Part shown: positions 39,901 through 53,199 of the stretch, one piece after another
Layout: each line of letters starts with the position of its first letter
How positions within the stretch are numbered: position 1 is the first letter of the stretch
Origin: Thalia democratica
Taxonomy: Eukaryota
Direction of reading: 5' to 3'
Assembly (NCBI GenBank): GCA_965202585.1
Contig: OZ241832.1
Location: 65,534,001 to 65,598,000, forward strand
Length of the DNA: 64,000 nucleotides
Notes under the pieces: model-generated
The model's input: only the letters and a program-made list of their open reading frames with translations
Database searches by the model: none
What the model was told of the DNA's origin: nothing
Translations under genes and position numbers: made by a program

Positions 39901-42380
39901 GCTTTGAAATGCTTGCTTATAAACAAGGTTGCCATATAATATAATAATAAAATTAAAAAAAAAACAGATCACTTTCAAAGTTCAGAGGTAAACCATGAAA
40001 GAGTTAACTAAAATGGTCTAAAAACTATTTATTTCTTAATATATATTCCTTGAACTGGTAAAATAAACGTTATAATTTAAAAAATAACATGGTTTTGAAA
40101 AGATTTTTATAAACTTTTTTAATAAAAATCCTGGAATTCTGGAAAAACCTGGAACTTTGAAATTTATGATTAAGTCAACAAATAGATAAAAAACTTTTTT
40201 TTATAGAAAAACACATTTCAAGTAGCTATACAGTATCCTTTCAATGTTGTTTTACTATTTGGGACAGTTTTCTACCTTGAGTGTAATTTTAAACTATAAA
40301 TGGACAAAAAAGTTGTTTTAAAAGAAATTGGAATAAATTTAAATAAGTTTTTTTGCAACCATTTATAAACAACCATGTATTCTTTCTAATATTTTTACAA
40401 ACAGTGTACAAATATTAATTTACCATTTAAATGTTGTTCAAAGCATAGCTTAATCATCAAGTTTCTAAATGTTTTTTTAGGAGCCAGGATTCTGTATTTA
40501 AATTATATTATTGAAAATGTACTTGAACTTTTAGTTTCTATTTATTGGTGTGTAATCATTTCAAAGTATTTTATTAGTTGACCTTAAATAAGCATAAAAA
40601 CCTTTGAGAAATCTGAAAAAATTTGAGAAATTTTGAAAAAAACCTGGAATTATAACAAATTTCACATCATCAAAAGTAAAATTTTGATTTGACTCAAAAA
40701 ATCTTTCATATAAATAAAATTTTTTTGGCATCATCCAAAATTTTTTTATAAGATAACATATTTAAAGTAGCTTTACAGTATCTTTTCAGTGTTTTTATAT
40801 TATTTAACACAGTTTCATATCTTAAACTTAACTCTAAACTAAAAGTAGACCAAAAAGTGTTTACTATTAAAAACCTGGAAAAAAAATTGAAAAACAAGTG
40901 GCAATCTTGTATATATATATCTATACATAGAGACAAAATATTCATTTGGATTCTATCATTTTATGCACCTAATCACTTATGTAAGATAAAATTTTCAGAT
41001 CCTGAACTTCAAACTGTCCAACTATGCTTACAAAACCAATCTGATATCACCACAGCTTGATTCAATTTTGCCCTGATTAGAGATCTACTGTGAATCTTTT
41101 TGGTATTCCTACGTACTTCATAAGGTAACAAATTTACATCTAATTTTGTTGCCTTAGTCTTACAAATTGTGATAAAATTTTATAATTTTTTAAACAAATA
41201 AAACTTATTGATGTGCTACTTTCAACTTAAAAACATCAATATTTTCAAGCTCTAAGTTTTAATTATTTGCAGCCTTTGGTAGTTGACCAAACCGTTATTT
41301 TTTAATTGTTTTTATTAAAAGCAATTTTCTCCAGTTTTTCAAGTAGCTCATATAAAATAAATTATTAAATGTTATTTCTTTACATAACCACTTGAAACTT
41401 TGTGTAGGTGTTTTATTATTTGTTTAATTAGCAATAATAATACACAAACACATAATTTCATTGACATAAATTCCACAGCTAACTCAGTCTGTTTGCTTAT
41501 TGTGTTTTATTCACACAGATTTGAATATGTTAACTTTTTTTAACAACTCATGTACAATTTTAAGTTTCTCTCACTCTTTTGTTAAATGGTAGTTTTTAGG
41601 CTAAAGTGTTAGTAAGCATGTTTTATTTAAACTTACCAGAATATTTTCATTACAATTTATTACAAGGTTAAAAATAATTAAGTTGTTATTTTAATTAAAT
41701 ACAAATGTTCATTAAAAATGCAAGAAGTCTCAATTACATAAGTCAACAAGACTTTTTAACATCAAAGTAAAACTGGAAAATATATTCCAGAGCTAAGGCC
41801 ATTCCCTGCTCTCTTTTATTTCTTACATTTTTTAGCAAAAAAATGCAGGTTTCTGAACTCCCATTTTTATATTTAACAGCTACTTCTGAAAAAATATTTT
41901 TATTGTTTTTTATATAATAAATACAATTTTGAAAGAAAATGTTTTTTAACAAAACAATTTTGCTGTTAAAAGTAGTTCATGTCACCTCATCAACAAAAAG
42001 TTAATAAGGTCTACAGCTGATACCTTTGTTTATATTAGTTTGATTTAATTAGTTGCTTGTTCTATATAATTATGAGAACGTTCTTTACTGCTGCAGTACA
42101 TTTTATTCTTGCATTCTGAAAGTCATTATGACTTACACAGCTTTTCAAGCTTTTAGTAAGGTATTTACTGAAAGACATTTTACCACCCATGGCAAGATGC
42201 TATGCAATTTTTGCTTTATTAAAGCTTTTTGTTAACAATTTTTTTCTTACAAAACAGTCTCCAATGTTTGTTGTTAAGCTAAAAAAGTGACAAGATTCCC
42301 TCACACAAGAATTTTTTTCTGTGATTTGGTGTATATTTCTAAATTAATACTTACTTTTTAAACTTTATTCTTAAATAATG
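36970..42380. repeat. Right inner arm of the inverted duplication (partner 7245-12240)
   Basis: Collinear reverse complement of the left arm with indels and one arm-specific insertion (39040-39712). Confidence 0.9.
39040..39712. mobile_element. Kolobok-like non-autonomous element, 673 bp
   Basis: TTAA|AGGCATAGAGATGGG ... CCCTCCTATGCCC|TTAA: TTAA on both sides and 5'-RR termini as in Kolobok. It is absent from the homologous left-arm position (~9800-9840). Confidence 0.7.
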
Positions 42381-43098
42381 TCAAACTGTGGTTGGCTCAT
42401 CGTATGTCTCTTAAAGTTTGCAAAATGTGATTCTGCTGCTTTATTATTTTGAAACACTTTCTGATTTTTGACAAAATTTTACAATGTTGCAATAATTAAT
42501 GGAATAGTGGAGCCCATTGCTTAATGATATACCCGGAAAACTTACATAAAAAGTATGTTTTTTTACAATCTTGTTTTGTTTATATAGCTTAACTATTTGT
42601 CAGAAACTTTTTTTTTCTATTTTCTGAAAAAGCAATTAAAACAAGGTTAATTGAACATAATCAAAAAGTTAACAGTCAAACTTTAAACTCTTTGGTGAAA
42701 GGAGAATCTCTGGATACATTCTTATCTTTGCATTTGATATCTATTAATTTATCAGGTCTTTCCTACTGAGTAGTGTTGATAACAATTTCAATAACAGGAA
42801 TTCTTGCAGTTGTTGAAGCAAAAAAAAAATCCTACTAGATTTCTGCTGATCTAAAGTTTTCAATGCATTAAGTTCAAATATATTTCATTAGCTCAAATAA
42901 CCACATGGTCTTGATTACACTAAGACTTAAATGATTTATTTAATTCTACATCGCGGGCCAACTTAAAGAAAGTGGTCTTTTCAAACTCACCTTGTATTAG
43001 CAACTGTATCCAGTTGGCACACGGAAAACTTATATACAAATAAACAAAAAATATACTGAAGTAAAACTCAAGCGTGAATGTCTTGAATAATGAGCTGA

Positions 43099-45602
43099 TG
43101 TAACCTACAGATGTAGGTACCTTTAATACTAAACTTAACTTATACTAAATAATGATACTAATAATAAGGCTACTCTATATAAAATTAGGCATGACATGAG
43201 TTAATATATTTTATATAAAGAACTATTGCAAACACTAACAAATACATAAAGAACATCAAATTGAGAAAATACTTTAAATGTGGTCAAAACCTTTCACAAG
43301 ATTTAATCTAGCAAGAATATACTTTAAGAATGTATAAAACAAAATACAATTGAACTACTTAGAATGTAAATAAGAAATACTTTTATAAATAATACTAATA
43401 AAAAAATACTTTATAAAACACAACAAAACAATATAAATGTCTATTCTTCATTATCATGTTTACTGCAGCAGGCTGTGGCTAGAATCTCCCCTGTCTGTCT
43501 GTTGTATCAGCTTATATATAACATTCCCTAACTCAATGTTGCATCAGGGTTTCTGGTCTGCACTTTATTTTCTCCTTTGTCAACTGTATTAAACTTGCAT
43601 CAGTATAAAACGTGACCTTGCGAGCTTTCTCTTAACGCTTGGATGAACTTTTAGCTCAAAACTTCCAACCAAATCTAAACAGTAATCAAGTGCAACTTGA
43701 TATCCTGTTACACTTCCTCTTCTCCACTGTTGAAAGAGAATCGTCACTCTACTTCTCCTCTGCCTTTTTGTTGGAAGATAAAAAACACTCTTTCTTCATA
43801 AACAAGAAAAAAAATTACACATTTAAAAATTTGAATTGGTCTCAAAACTACTCATGTTTTTCATACAAGATTTAAAAGCAAATTAGAAAATAAAACAATT
43901 AAACAATTTTTAACAAATGGTAATTTAGTTCTTAAACTTTTATACTTTTGATAATCAAAAAAAAAAAGTTAATGTGTTTTACTAGCTTCAACAATTTATT
44001 TAACTTTAAAAACAATATTAAACATGAGTCACATTCTACTATAAAGATTGCAGTATTGAAAAACAGGTAAATTACAAAAATACAAAAAAAAACACTCAAA
44101 TGTCATGCCTATGCAAACCCCTATAATACAAACTCCAAAAATTTTCAGCATGTTATGGGTTTTGCTGTCTTAGTTATTAATAAATATTTTCTTTTTTATT
44201 GTGCTATTAAGATTAAAGAGCCTTAGATAAATATAATATCACTCACTTTCAAATAAAATTGGTCACCACTTTTAAGACTTATTTAAACTTATACCTTGTT
44301 AGTTTATTTTTTTTTGATTTTTTGTACTAAAATTTGTCAGATCAACTTTGACTTTTTGGACAATAATTATGTCAGTTACATTTTGACTTTTTGTACTAAA
44401 TTTTGTTAGACCTACTTTGACTGTTTGGAATAATATTTTGTCAGTTCAATTTTGACTTTTTGTTCATAATTTTGTCACAACTACTTTGACTTTTTGGACA
44501 ATAATTTTGTCAGTGCAGTTTTGACTTTTTGTTCATAATTTTGTCACAACTACTTTGACTTTTTGGACAATAATTTTGTCAGTGCAGTTTTGACTTTTTG
44601 TTCATAATTTTGTCACAACTACTTTGACTTTTTGGACAATAATTTAGTTAGTTCAATTTTGACTTATTAGTTTTCCTAACCCCCTATTCATTCTAGTTAT
44701 GGGTACAAACTCAAAGGCTTTTAAATGGGCATATGGTAAATGTAAGTGTTGCTTCTTAAAAATTAAATGCACAATTTGTTGTAAAATTTCTTTAAATCTA
44801 CTACTAAATAAAATGCAGTATATAAAAAAATTACAAAAATATAGGAATGTGAGATAAAATTGTGATATATATTGCTTTCAAATAAAAGGTAACAAACTAA
44901 TAAAATTTATTTGGGTAAAATAGTGTCTTGGTAATGTTTAACTGTTATTTGAAAGACTGGTTTTTCTTTAAACGAGGACGCCAATTGTAACCTACAGATG
45001 TAGGTACCTTTAATATTAAACTTAACTTATACTAAACAATGATACTAATAATACTTAGGCTACTCTATATAAAACTAGGCATGACATGAGTTAACATATT
45101 TTATATAAAGAACAATTGCAAACACTAACAAATACATAAAAAACATCAAATTGAGAAAATACTTTAAATGTGGTCAAAACCTTTCACAAGATTTAATCTA
45201 GCAAGAATATACTTTAAGAATGTATAAAACAAAATACAATTGAACTACTTAGAATGTAAATAAGAAATACTTTTATAAATAATACTAATAAAAAAATACT
45301 TTATAAAACACAACAAAACAATATAAATGTCTATTCTTCATTATCATGTTTACTGCAGCAGGCTGTGGCTAGAATCTCCCCTGTCTGTCTGTTGTATCAG
45401 CTTATATATAACATTCCCTAACTCAATGTTGCATCAGGGTTTCTGGTCTGCACTTTATTTTCTCCTTTGTCAACTGTATTAAACTTGCATCAGTATAAAA
45501 CGTGACCTTGCGAGCTTTCTCTTAACGCTTGGATGAACTTTTAGCTCAAAACTTCCAACCAAATCTAAACAGTAATCAAGTGCAACTTGATATCCTGTTA
45601 CA
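43099..45602 (-). mobile_element. Complete non-autonomous LTR retrotransposon (TRIM/LARD-like, Gypsy-type TSD)
   Basis: LTRs 43099-43712 (614 bp) and 44986-45602 (617 bp) with TGTAAC...GTTACA ends and a 4-bp TSD, CTGA. On the minus strand a PBS-like TGGCGTCCTCG (44983-44973) lies 2 nt after the 5' LTR and a PPT GGAGAAGAGGAAG (43725-43713) abuts the 3' LTR. The empty site GAGCTGAGATAAATTC is present in paralogs at ~55285 and ~6265. No internal ORF. Confidence 0.95.
44333..44665. repeat. Minisatellite of alternating 34/35-bp monomers (69-bp higher-order unit) inside the LTR element
   Basis: TTGACTTTTTG recurs at 44452, 44521, 44555 and 44590, with alternating GTTCATAATTTTGTCACAACTAC and GGACAATAATTTTGTCAGTGCAG variants. 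Confidence 0.9.
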
Positions 45603-47124
45603 CTGAGATAAATTCTCTAAATTCATGTTCTCAAAGTAGGATGGCATATTGTTACATAGTTTTCTAATGTGCTAAACCTTTTCAATAACTGCTTTTTTGA
45701 TATCGGGCATTCCATTTTCACTGACCAGTTCTGACTTGTTCAACTTAGCATCAAAACTTATTGTTTAAAAATTTCATGACTTCATGCATTTGTAGTGTCA
45801 GACATTTAAGTTTTGACTTCATGAGTTTGTATTTGCTTTCACTATGTTGGTTTTGCAAGTTTTTCCTGAAATTTACCTTAATTGTTGGAAGTTGTTAAAA
45901 AAACTTCTACATAATTCGTTTACTGAACTGCATTGGTCGTTTGCTTGTCAGTAGTTATTTCTATTAAACAAAAATGTTAATCTTTAACAAATGAGATTTG
46001 AATGATATCACTGTACTGACAGAAAATATTAAATAGAACATCACATTTAAATTTTTCACTGTAGATATTATTCAGCACCACTAACCTCTCATCAATGGGG
46101 CTCATATGTAATTGACCAAACTGGCAACTGCTCAGTTGCGAATGGAAGTTAGCGAAGGTTATACGTCCTTGGCTAATTTGAAGAGAGTTGTATTTTCGAA
46201 TTGACCACGAAAACAACCGTATTAAGGCTGACTCTGTCACATCTCAAGAAGATATTATTCTTCATTTTTTCATCAATCTAATATAACAACTACATGTAAT
46301 TTTTTCAAACTGAAATTTTTTTAAGCATTATTGCTGAAAACCTGATATTTTGCCAATATTACCTTTGCTTTAATAATCTGTCTGTAAACCATTTAATGCC
46401 CTCCTCGCTTTAACACATGATTCTTTTCATTATTAGATAATGCAATGTCCTCATTACTTAAGATTTTCTGCACTCCAAAGTCCTTTGTCTTTAGGCAGTT
46501 CCTTTCTCCCTTTTTTTCCATTCATGTATGTTCTCCATTTTGGTATTATATTAAATTAAGTAAAATCTGTAGATTTCAGATAATTATTGTGAGGACATAA
46601 TCTCCAAAATCTCTTTTGCTCCTCCAATGTGGCCACCTGTCAAAAATCTTTCCAAACAAACGAGCTTCTCAAACAATGCTTTGACAAAAATTTAGTAAAT
46701 ATCTAAAATATTCTAACTGGCTCCCTTTTCAATATATAGACTATCCATGATTTAGGGATCAAGTCAACTTGATTTTGAATTTTGAAAATTTTTGAAAATT
46801 TTTAGTTAAGAACAAATCAATTTACTTAAACATATACGTATTGGTCTGATTATGAAGATTGGCTTTCTTTTGAAGGAGGTAACAGATGTCTTTTTTAAGT
46901 TTATTAGTTCGCCTGTGTTTTGACTACTTCGTTTTGTAGGAAAAAGTTTCTTAATGCAGTTCTTAGGTTTTTTATTCCAATAAAATTCTGGTTAAAAACT
47001 GGCTGCATCGCAATTTAGTGTATAATTCATTTTTATAATGTTCTTTAAATCAAATGCAGGAGGGGGATGTTGGAACTTATAAATACCAATTTAGAGAGAT
47101 TTAGATTTATAGTTTATTAAATAA

Positions 47125-47166
47125 TTTTGACACTTTTTCGACTTTCCATTAGTCATTTTCAAAAAA
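47125..47166 (-). ncRNA. Possible decayed hammerhead 3' of the PLE endonuclease
   Basis: Reverse complement: tttt-TGAAAA-t-gact-aatggaa-agtc-GAAA-aagtg-TC-aaaa. Stem II, GAAA and UC are present but the CUGANGA core is mutated. Confidence 0.4.
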
Positions 47167-47334
47167 AAAAACTGCAAAGTAACTAAAAGTTAGTGTTAAT
47201 ACAACTTAATGTACAATAAAACATAAATAATAAGATATATATCTATCAGCTATATAACAAAATTAAAAATACAGTGCAACTACAGTTAACATAAGTTTTT
47301 ATAAATTGTTAAAAGGAAAGTATACATAACTTGT

Positions 47335-47810
47335 CGAAAATTCCTTATGTGTGCGCAATACCCGGTTTAGTTAGTTTTTTGTCCAAAATTGGATTATAAC
47401 ATTTAATTAAAATAGCTTCGCTAATCATGGTCTCAAATTTGTATCTGCATCATTTTAAATTATCAAAGTTTTTAACAGTTATTCTTTCATCTTGACAAAG
47501 TTACAGTTACTAATGTGGTCAGATACAGCTATTTTACCTTTAAGATGTTCTTTGACTCTTCCTATCAGTGGTCTTGATGTAAATCCGATGTATTGGATGC
47601 TCTTGTACTTAAAGCATTTATATTCAAAGACCACATTGGATTTCAATTCGTCAGGTGTTTTGCCCTTGTTGCTGAAGTATTTACCAATTTTGAATGTGGT
47701 AAAAATAACTTTTAAGTCTTCAATATAATTGTTGAATAGTTTCTAGTTTCTTTTTATATTCAGTACTTGGCTTTCCAATGTAAGGTACTTTCATGATGAT
47801 TTTGAAGTTT
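47335..47810 (-). mobile_element. Penelope-like GIY-YIG endonuclease region
   Basis: KVPYIGKPS...TPDELKSNVVFEYKC..KSIQYIGFTSRPLIGRVKEHLKGKIAVSDHISNC...ISEAILIK, with frameshifts. Confidence 0.85.
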
Positions 47811-50519
47811 GAACTATTAAGTTTCTTATAAGTGCACTCCTTACTGTTGTTAAAGCAAGAAATCACAAACTCAAAAGAAAAGTTCATAAAAAATGGTTAT
47901 CCAAAAAAATTTGTCGACGACGTAATTGAAAGATCTATTAACAACAGGACTTTTGTGAGATGAATGAATTGGGAGCGCGGTTTGCTTTGAGCTCTTGCTT
48001 GAGCACAAAACAAACGAGCTTCCCATTACTATCCACCGCTTTGACAAAATGATTTCCTTCTGATTTCTTCATTGAATTTGAACATGTTTTCACGTCTAAA
48101 AGCTTTTGATCCAAAATTTTTTTTGGAGGAAGTTAAAATGTCCTCTATAAAATCTTTCCACTTTTTTTCTTCCTATGTGTCCCCTTTCCACATTAATATT
48201 TCTTCTATAACATTACTAACAGATCTTGCCGTGCTATCATCCATTGTCAGTTTTAAAATATCTAGTTATATATCAGCAAAGTTAAATAAACTTTTTGAGA
48301 ACATAAAGTTTTCAGTTCGCGCTTTAAAGCAATTTTATTTGAATAAACCATTTATATTTTCTTAAATTATTATTATGTTATTTTCAATGTGGATGCTGCT
48401 TGTTAGTTTGTAACTCTCAGGAAAACTAAAAGGTAAATTGAGTAAAACATGGCTTGTTCTCCATCTGTTATGAAAAAAACTAAAGGTTTCATACATTGAA
48501 CATATTTTAAATCTAAGAGAAAAGAAGTAGTGGGTGTAGTCTTCTTCCTTTGCAATTTTTATAAAAAACAAGGTCTTAAAAACACAAGATTGTTACCAGA
48601 ACTTCCGGTTTTCACCTTTTTATGTTTAAAACAAATAGCAGTCAAAAAAACAAGTTCCTAAACTAAAGGTACTTTCAACACTTAAAACTAAATAAAAGAT
48701 CAGCAGTGCAACTTATCATGTCAATAAATTGATCTTCTCTTAAAATCATAACAGACAGGTTCTGTTCTTTAAAATTCTTTTGCCTAGGACTAAATCTCTA
48801 CGTAGCGTTTTTTAATTTTGTGCTTTTCAATCCTGAGTCACCAAGTGTTTTTTTTTCTTACTCTTAATGTTAAAAATTATATCTACTTTTTTTGTTAATA
48901 ATGAATCTACCCTTATCCTTTAAAAGTTTTTAGGCTGTTCTCCTAAATATTGGAAATTGTTTATCATGGATTTTTTCATTCCGATTAGCTTGTCTATTAC
49001 GTAAATTGCGTATTCTATTGCGGTCTGCTTTTTGTCGAAGCTGCACAATCTTACCATTAACAATAACAAAAGGGTTTTTAAATAATCTGTCACACTATTT
49101 TCGGGCTTATTGCAAGTTGGAGGATTAACTGGTTCGAAGGTTGCATATTCATTGCATGCAGATTCTTCAGACTGAGTTTCAACAATTTTGAAGTTTTTCA
49201 GAATGACTCCGTTAAATCTCAATACGAGATCAGATTTTCTTTTAAATAGTTTTGGTACTTCCACTGAGATTTTTGCTGGATTTTGCCTGCCAATGATGCC
49301 AATAAGTCTTTTTACATCTTGATTGGGATTTCTCTCCTTTAAGACTTCCTCACTATTTCTATATATTTATTTCCCTCTATTACGTTTATATTGCTAACAT
49401 CACAAAATACAAGGTTGGAATATGGTTATTGTAAAACAATAACAAACGAACTATAAAAAAATAAAAACCTGTTTAATCCTAACTTTTATTTTTTCAATAT
49501 ATCATAATTTACATTTATAAAACCTTTATAATAGTACAGTAAAAAATTTATATCAAAAAACATTAACCACCCCCTATGGCCTTAATTTTCTATTGTTCCT
49601 ATTTTAGTCATTTTGTTCTAACAGCCATTTTTTATAGCAAGAGTACCTTATTTTTATCCCTAGTATTTAGTGATTTCAAACAATTTTTTACAAACGAGTA
49701 GCTTAATTCTTGGTCTGAATTTTCCTCAGATTTTTTAAAATGGTTCAAAATGTCAACGATGCCTTTTTTTTTCGATCATGAGTTTGATCCACAACATCAT
49801 GTACACTTTGGCCAAACAGAAGCAACATCACTGAAACTGTTTCTATCTTCCTCATCAATTGCACCTTTTTCGCTCCACCCCTGCTCCTGTCATTGCCTCT
49901 AGATGCAACCTCTTGCAGCTGTTCTGTAGTAGAGGCTTCCGTTGGCTCGGGGTGGATTAAAGGCATTTCAGTATCAGCATTTCTAGATCCACGTGATTGA
50001 GACAAGGCACCAAAAGTTCTTTCAAGAGATTTCATCCCAGCAATAACTTGATCAAAAACCTAGGCAACTTTCATACAGTCTTCGCATTAAATAGACTTGC
50101 TGGATGGTGAATTTTGACATTTATGAATTCATACTACCAAATAATTATGTTAGTTTCTAATTGAAATAGAATATTTTGTATTTTTATTATTATCTAGTTG
50201 ACTAAAATAGTTTTTATTAATCATTTTGTTTTGAATTATTATAAATTTAAATTGGTTTCCTTATTATGAATTTTTCTTCATATCAACCTACTTATATTGA
50301 AATTGTTTTTCTGATTAAATAAGATTTACTAGATAGTTTTTTTTCAATTCTGCTTTGTTGAATTCTTGTAGTGAGATGTTTTACCTATATTTAAATAATA
50401 TGTTCTTGTCATTTAAGTAACCCACATGCATTTATCAAAACTAAGATGCAATGTTCATTTTTTTTACATGCAGAGTAGTAGTTGTATTTTTGACACAAAC
50501 TTAAATAAATACACTGAAT

Positions 50520-51360
50520 GAAAGTACCCCGGTGACATTCCGCCAGTACTTTTACATTTATTGCACCTTTTTCAAAATCCACAATTCATGTTTGTGGATT
50601 CAACTTTCTGTCGAATGACCTCTAGCACTCTTTCTTAGGTTTGTTGAAATATGTTAGGTAAAAATGGGTATACAAGCGGAACCATGGTTTTTTCTTCACC
50701 TGCCGGTATTTCTCCATGTAAAGTGTATAACTGGCTAAAGAAGTTTGTCGGAGCTGTTGAAAAAGTATCATCTGAAAGTATAGTTGAACACTTGACTTTT
50801 GACACCTGCTGGTGTTTCTCCATGTACAGTGTATAACTGGCTAAAGAAGTTTGTCGGAGCTGTTGAAAAAGTACCATCTAAAAGTATAGTTGAACACTGA
50901 CTTTTGACACCTGCTGGTATTTCTCCATGTACAGTGTATAACTGGCTAAAGAAGTTTGTCGGAGCTGTTGAAAAAGTACCATCTAAAAGTATAGTTGAAC
51001 ACTGACTTTTGACACCTGCTGGTATTTCTCCATGTACAGTGTATAACTGGTTAAAGAGGTTTGTTGGAGCTGTTGAAAAAGTACCATCTGAAAGTATAGT
51101 TGAACACTTGACTTTTGACACCTGCTGGTATTTCTCCATGTACAGTGTATAACTGGCTAAAGAAGTTTGTTGGAGATGTTGAAAAAGTACCATCTGAAAG
51201 TATAGTTGAACACTGACTTTTGACACCTGCTGGTATTTCTCCATGTACAGTACATAACTGGCTAAAGAAGTTTGTTGGAGCTGTTGAAAAAGTATCATCT
51301 GAAAGTATAGTTGAACACTTGACTTTTGACACCTGCCGGTATTTCTTCATGTACAGTATT
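50520..51360 (-). mobile_element. MULE/Mutator transposase fragment
   Basis: Minus strand reads STILSDGTFSTAPTNFFSQLYTxHG...MVPLVYPFLPN...IVDFEK, matching the MULE DGTF..P..F.QLYTIHG..VPLVYALL and DFE motifs. Confidence 0.85.
50697..51356. repeat. Tandem array of 105/106-bp units, ~6.2 copies
   Basis: CACCTGC starts at 50697, 50803, 50908, 51013, 51119, 51224 and 51330. Confidence 0.95.
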
Positions 51361-52379
51361 TATAGCCACACCCATTTTTCTTCTTATATATCAATTAATT
51401 GTTTATCTTAGCAGTAAACTAAATTGATTTTAGCTTTTTCAAGCAACTACAAATAGTACTAACTAGTAAAAGTAAAGTTATAAATAAATAACAGAGTGAA
51501 ACTAATTTATAAAATAACTTCTAAACCTCTAAAATTGTCTTTTATTAGAAGATCAAAAATGCTACCTCTAATAAGCATACACACTGCACTTGTTAGAAAC
51601 AGTTTGCAAATAAGCTTGTACAAACTTAAAAATTGTTAAGAATACAATTGTATTACAAAGGCAAGTTAACCTTGAGGCTTAATAATGTTTCTGTAAATCA
51701 ATAAGACTTCTTGACTAAACCTTTACCCGGTTTAAGCATGCAGAAGTCTATGTGTTTTAAATATAACTGTATTTATCACCAATTGAAACACAAGCTTGAA
51801 TGTCCGCTCTTGGTCTAAGATTCCACCGATAGTTCCGCTGAAAAATAGTTCAAATATTTAAAAAATGTTCGCATATTGACATATCAATAATACCTAACAG
51901 CTTGAATATCAAGCATTTTTCGTGACTCATCATTTATTTCGTAGTTTGAGTACATACTTCTATTTGTTACCTTAAACGTTTTAACATGTTTAACAATAAT
52001 AGTAATAGCTAATGACTACAACTAAAACGACCAAAAAAAAAAGTTGAACTTACTTTTGTTGGTATGATAAAAAACGAAGTTTTTTTTCTAGCGTTTTTGT
52101 TCAACTTCGTTTTGCATTGGGTTATGCCGTCTTCAATGTTAATAGTGTTAACTAAATCTTAATCATTTCTTTTGTATAAAATGTTATAATTTAAACAATG
52201 TTAAAACTGGGAGTAACTGTTATTCTTCAATAATTCAATATTTAGTATAAAATTAATATACTTATTTTAAACAACAAAAGCACTTACTCAAATCTTTCGC
52301 AAAGTCCACGAATAAAGTCGTCAGATAGCCGAAAACTTCTTCTATGGGGAAACCCCCTTTTTCTTCTAGCTGTGGTTGG

Positions 52380-52950
52380 CTCATCGTATGGCTCTTTTAA
52401 GTTTTCAAAATGTGATTCTGCTGCTTTATTATTTTGAAACACCTACTGACTTTTGACAATTTTCAAACATTACTGCAGTAATAAATGGAGTTAGTGGCGA
52501 CCATTGCTTAATAATATACCCAGACAACTTGTATAAAAAATTTGGATCATTTTCCAATCTTTGTTTTGTTTTTATAGATAAACTGTTTGTCAGAACTATT
52601 TTTCTATTTCCTAGAAAAAAGCAATTTAAAACATTTTCTATTTATTATTAGTTGTAATCAATTAAAAAATTATAAAGCTATTAGAAAACCAATCAAACTT
52701 TAAAGTCTTTGGTGAAAGGACTAGGATACTTCTGGATACTTTCTTATCTTTGCATTTAATATCTATTAAGTTATCAGGTCTTTCCTTCTGAATAGTGTTA
52801 ATAACAATTTTAGTTATAGGAATTCTTGCAGTTAATGAAGCAAAAAAAATCCTACTAGATTTCTGCTGATCTAAAATTTTCAAAAACATTAAGTTAAGAT
52901 ATATTTCATTGGCTCAAATAACCACATGGTCTTGATTTCACTAAGACTTA
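52380..52950 (-). repeat. Extra inverted copy of left-arm segment ~6430-6995
   Basis: Reverse-complement match. It is also a direct paralog of 42385-42930 and 54830-55120. Confidence 0.8.
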
Positions 52951-53199
52951 ATTGGTTTTTTCACTTTATTGATTTTGTCCTTAATTAAAACCATCAGTAG
53001 ATGATTTTGGCTAATACTTAATTTGTTGCGGATGATTTCTAATATTTCCTCTTAAACTTTTAGCTGTATTATATTGAGTTCTTGCCATTTGAATTGTTCT
53101 AACAGAGTTTATTGATTTTCGATTTGGGTTGGTTTTTTTTATCCAGAAGGTCTTTTCTGCTACAGACTTCTGCTCTCTGGTTGGTAAACTTCTATGATA

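Noticed and set aside
7998-42235. Most 60-95 aa ORFs in the supplied track across the AT-rich arms and spacer
   Set aside because: They have the F/L/I/K/N-rich composition expected from AT-rich non-coding DNA or are antisense shadows of TE frames, and they are not conserved between paralogous copies.
43021-43062. ACGGAAAA...ATACTGAA (also at ~55213) recalling, from memory, the start of the Hydra SL-B spliced leader
   Set aside because: The middle and 3' parts do not match, and no splice donor or Sm site follows.
50697-51356. Regular repeats as a CRISPR array (also 44333-44665)
   Set aside because: The units are contiguous with no unique spacers, the context is eukaryotic, and the first encodes MULE sequence.
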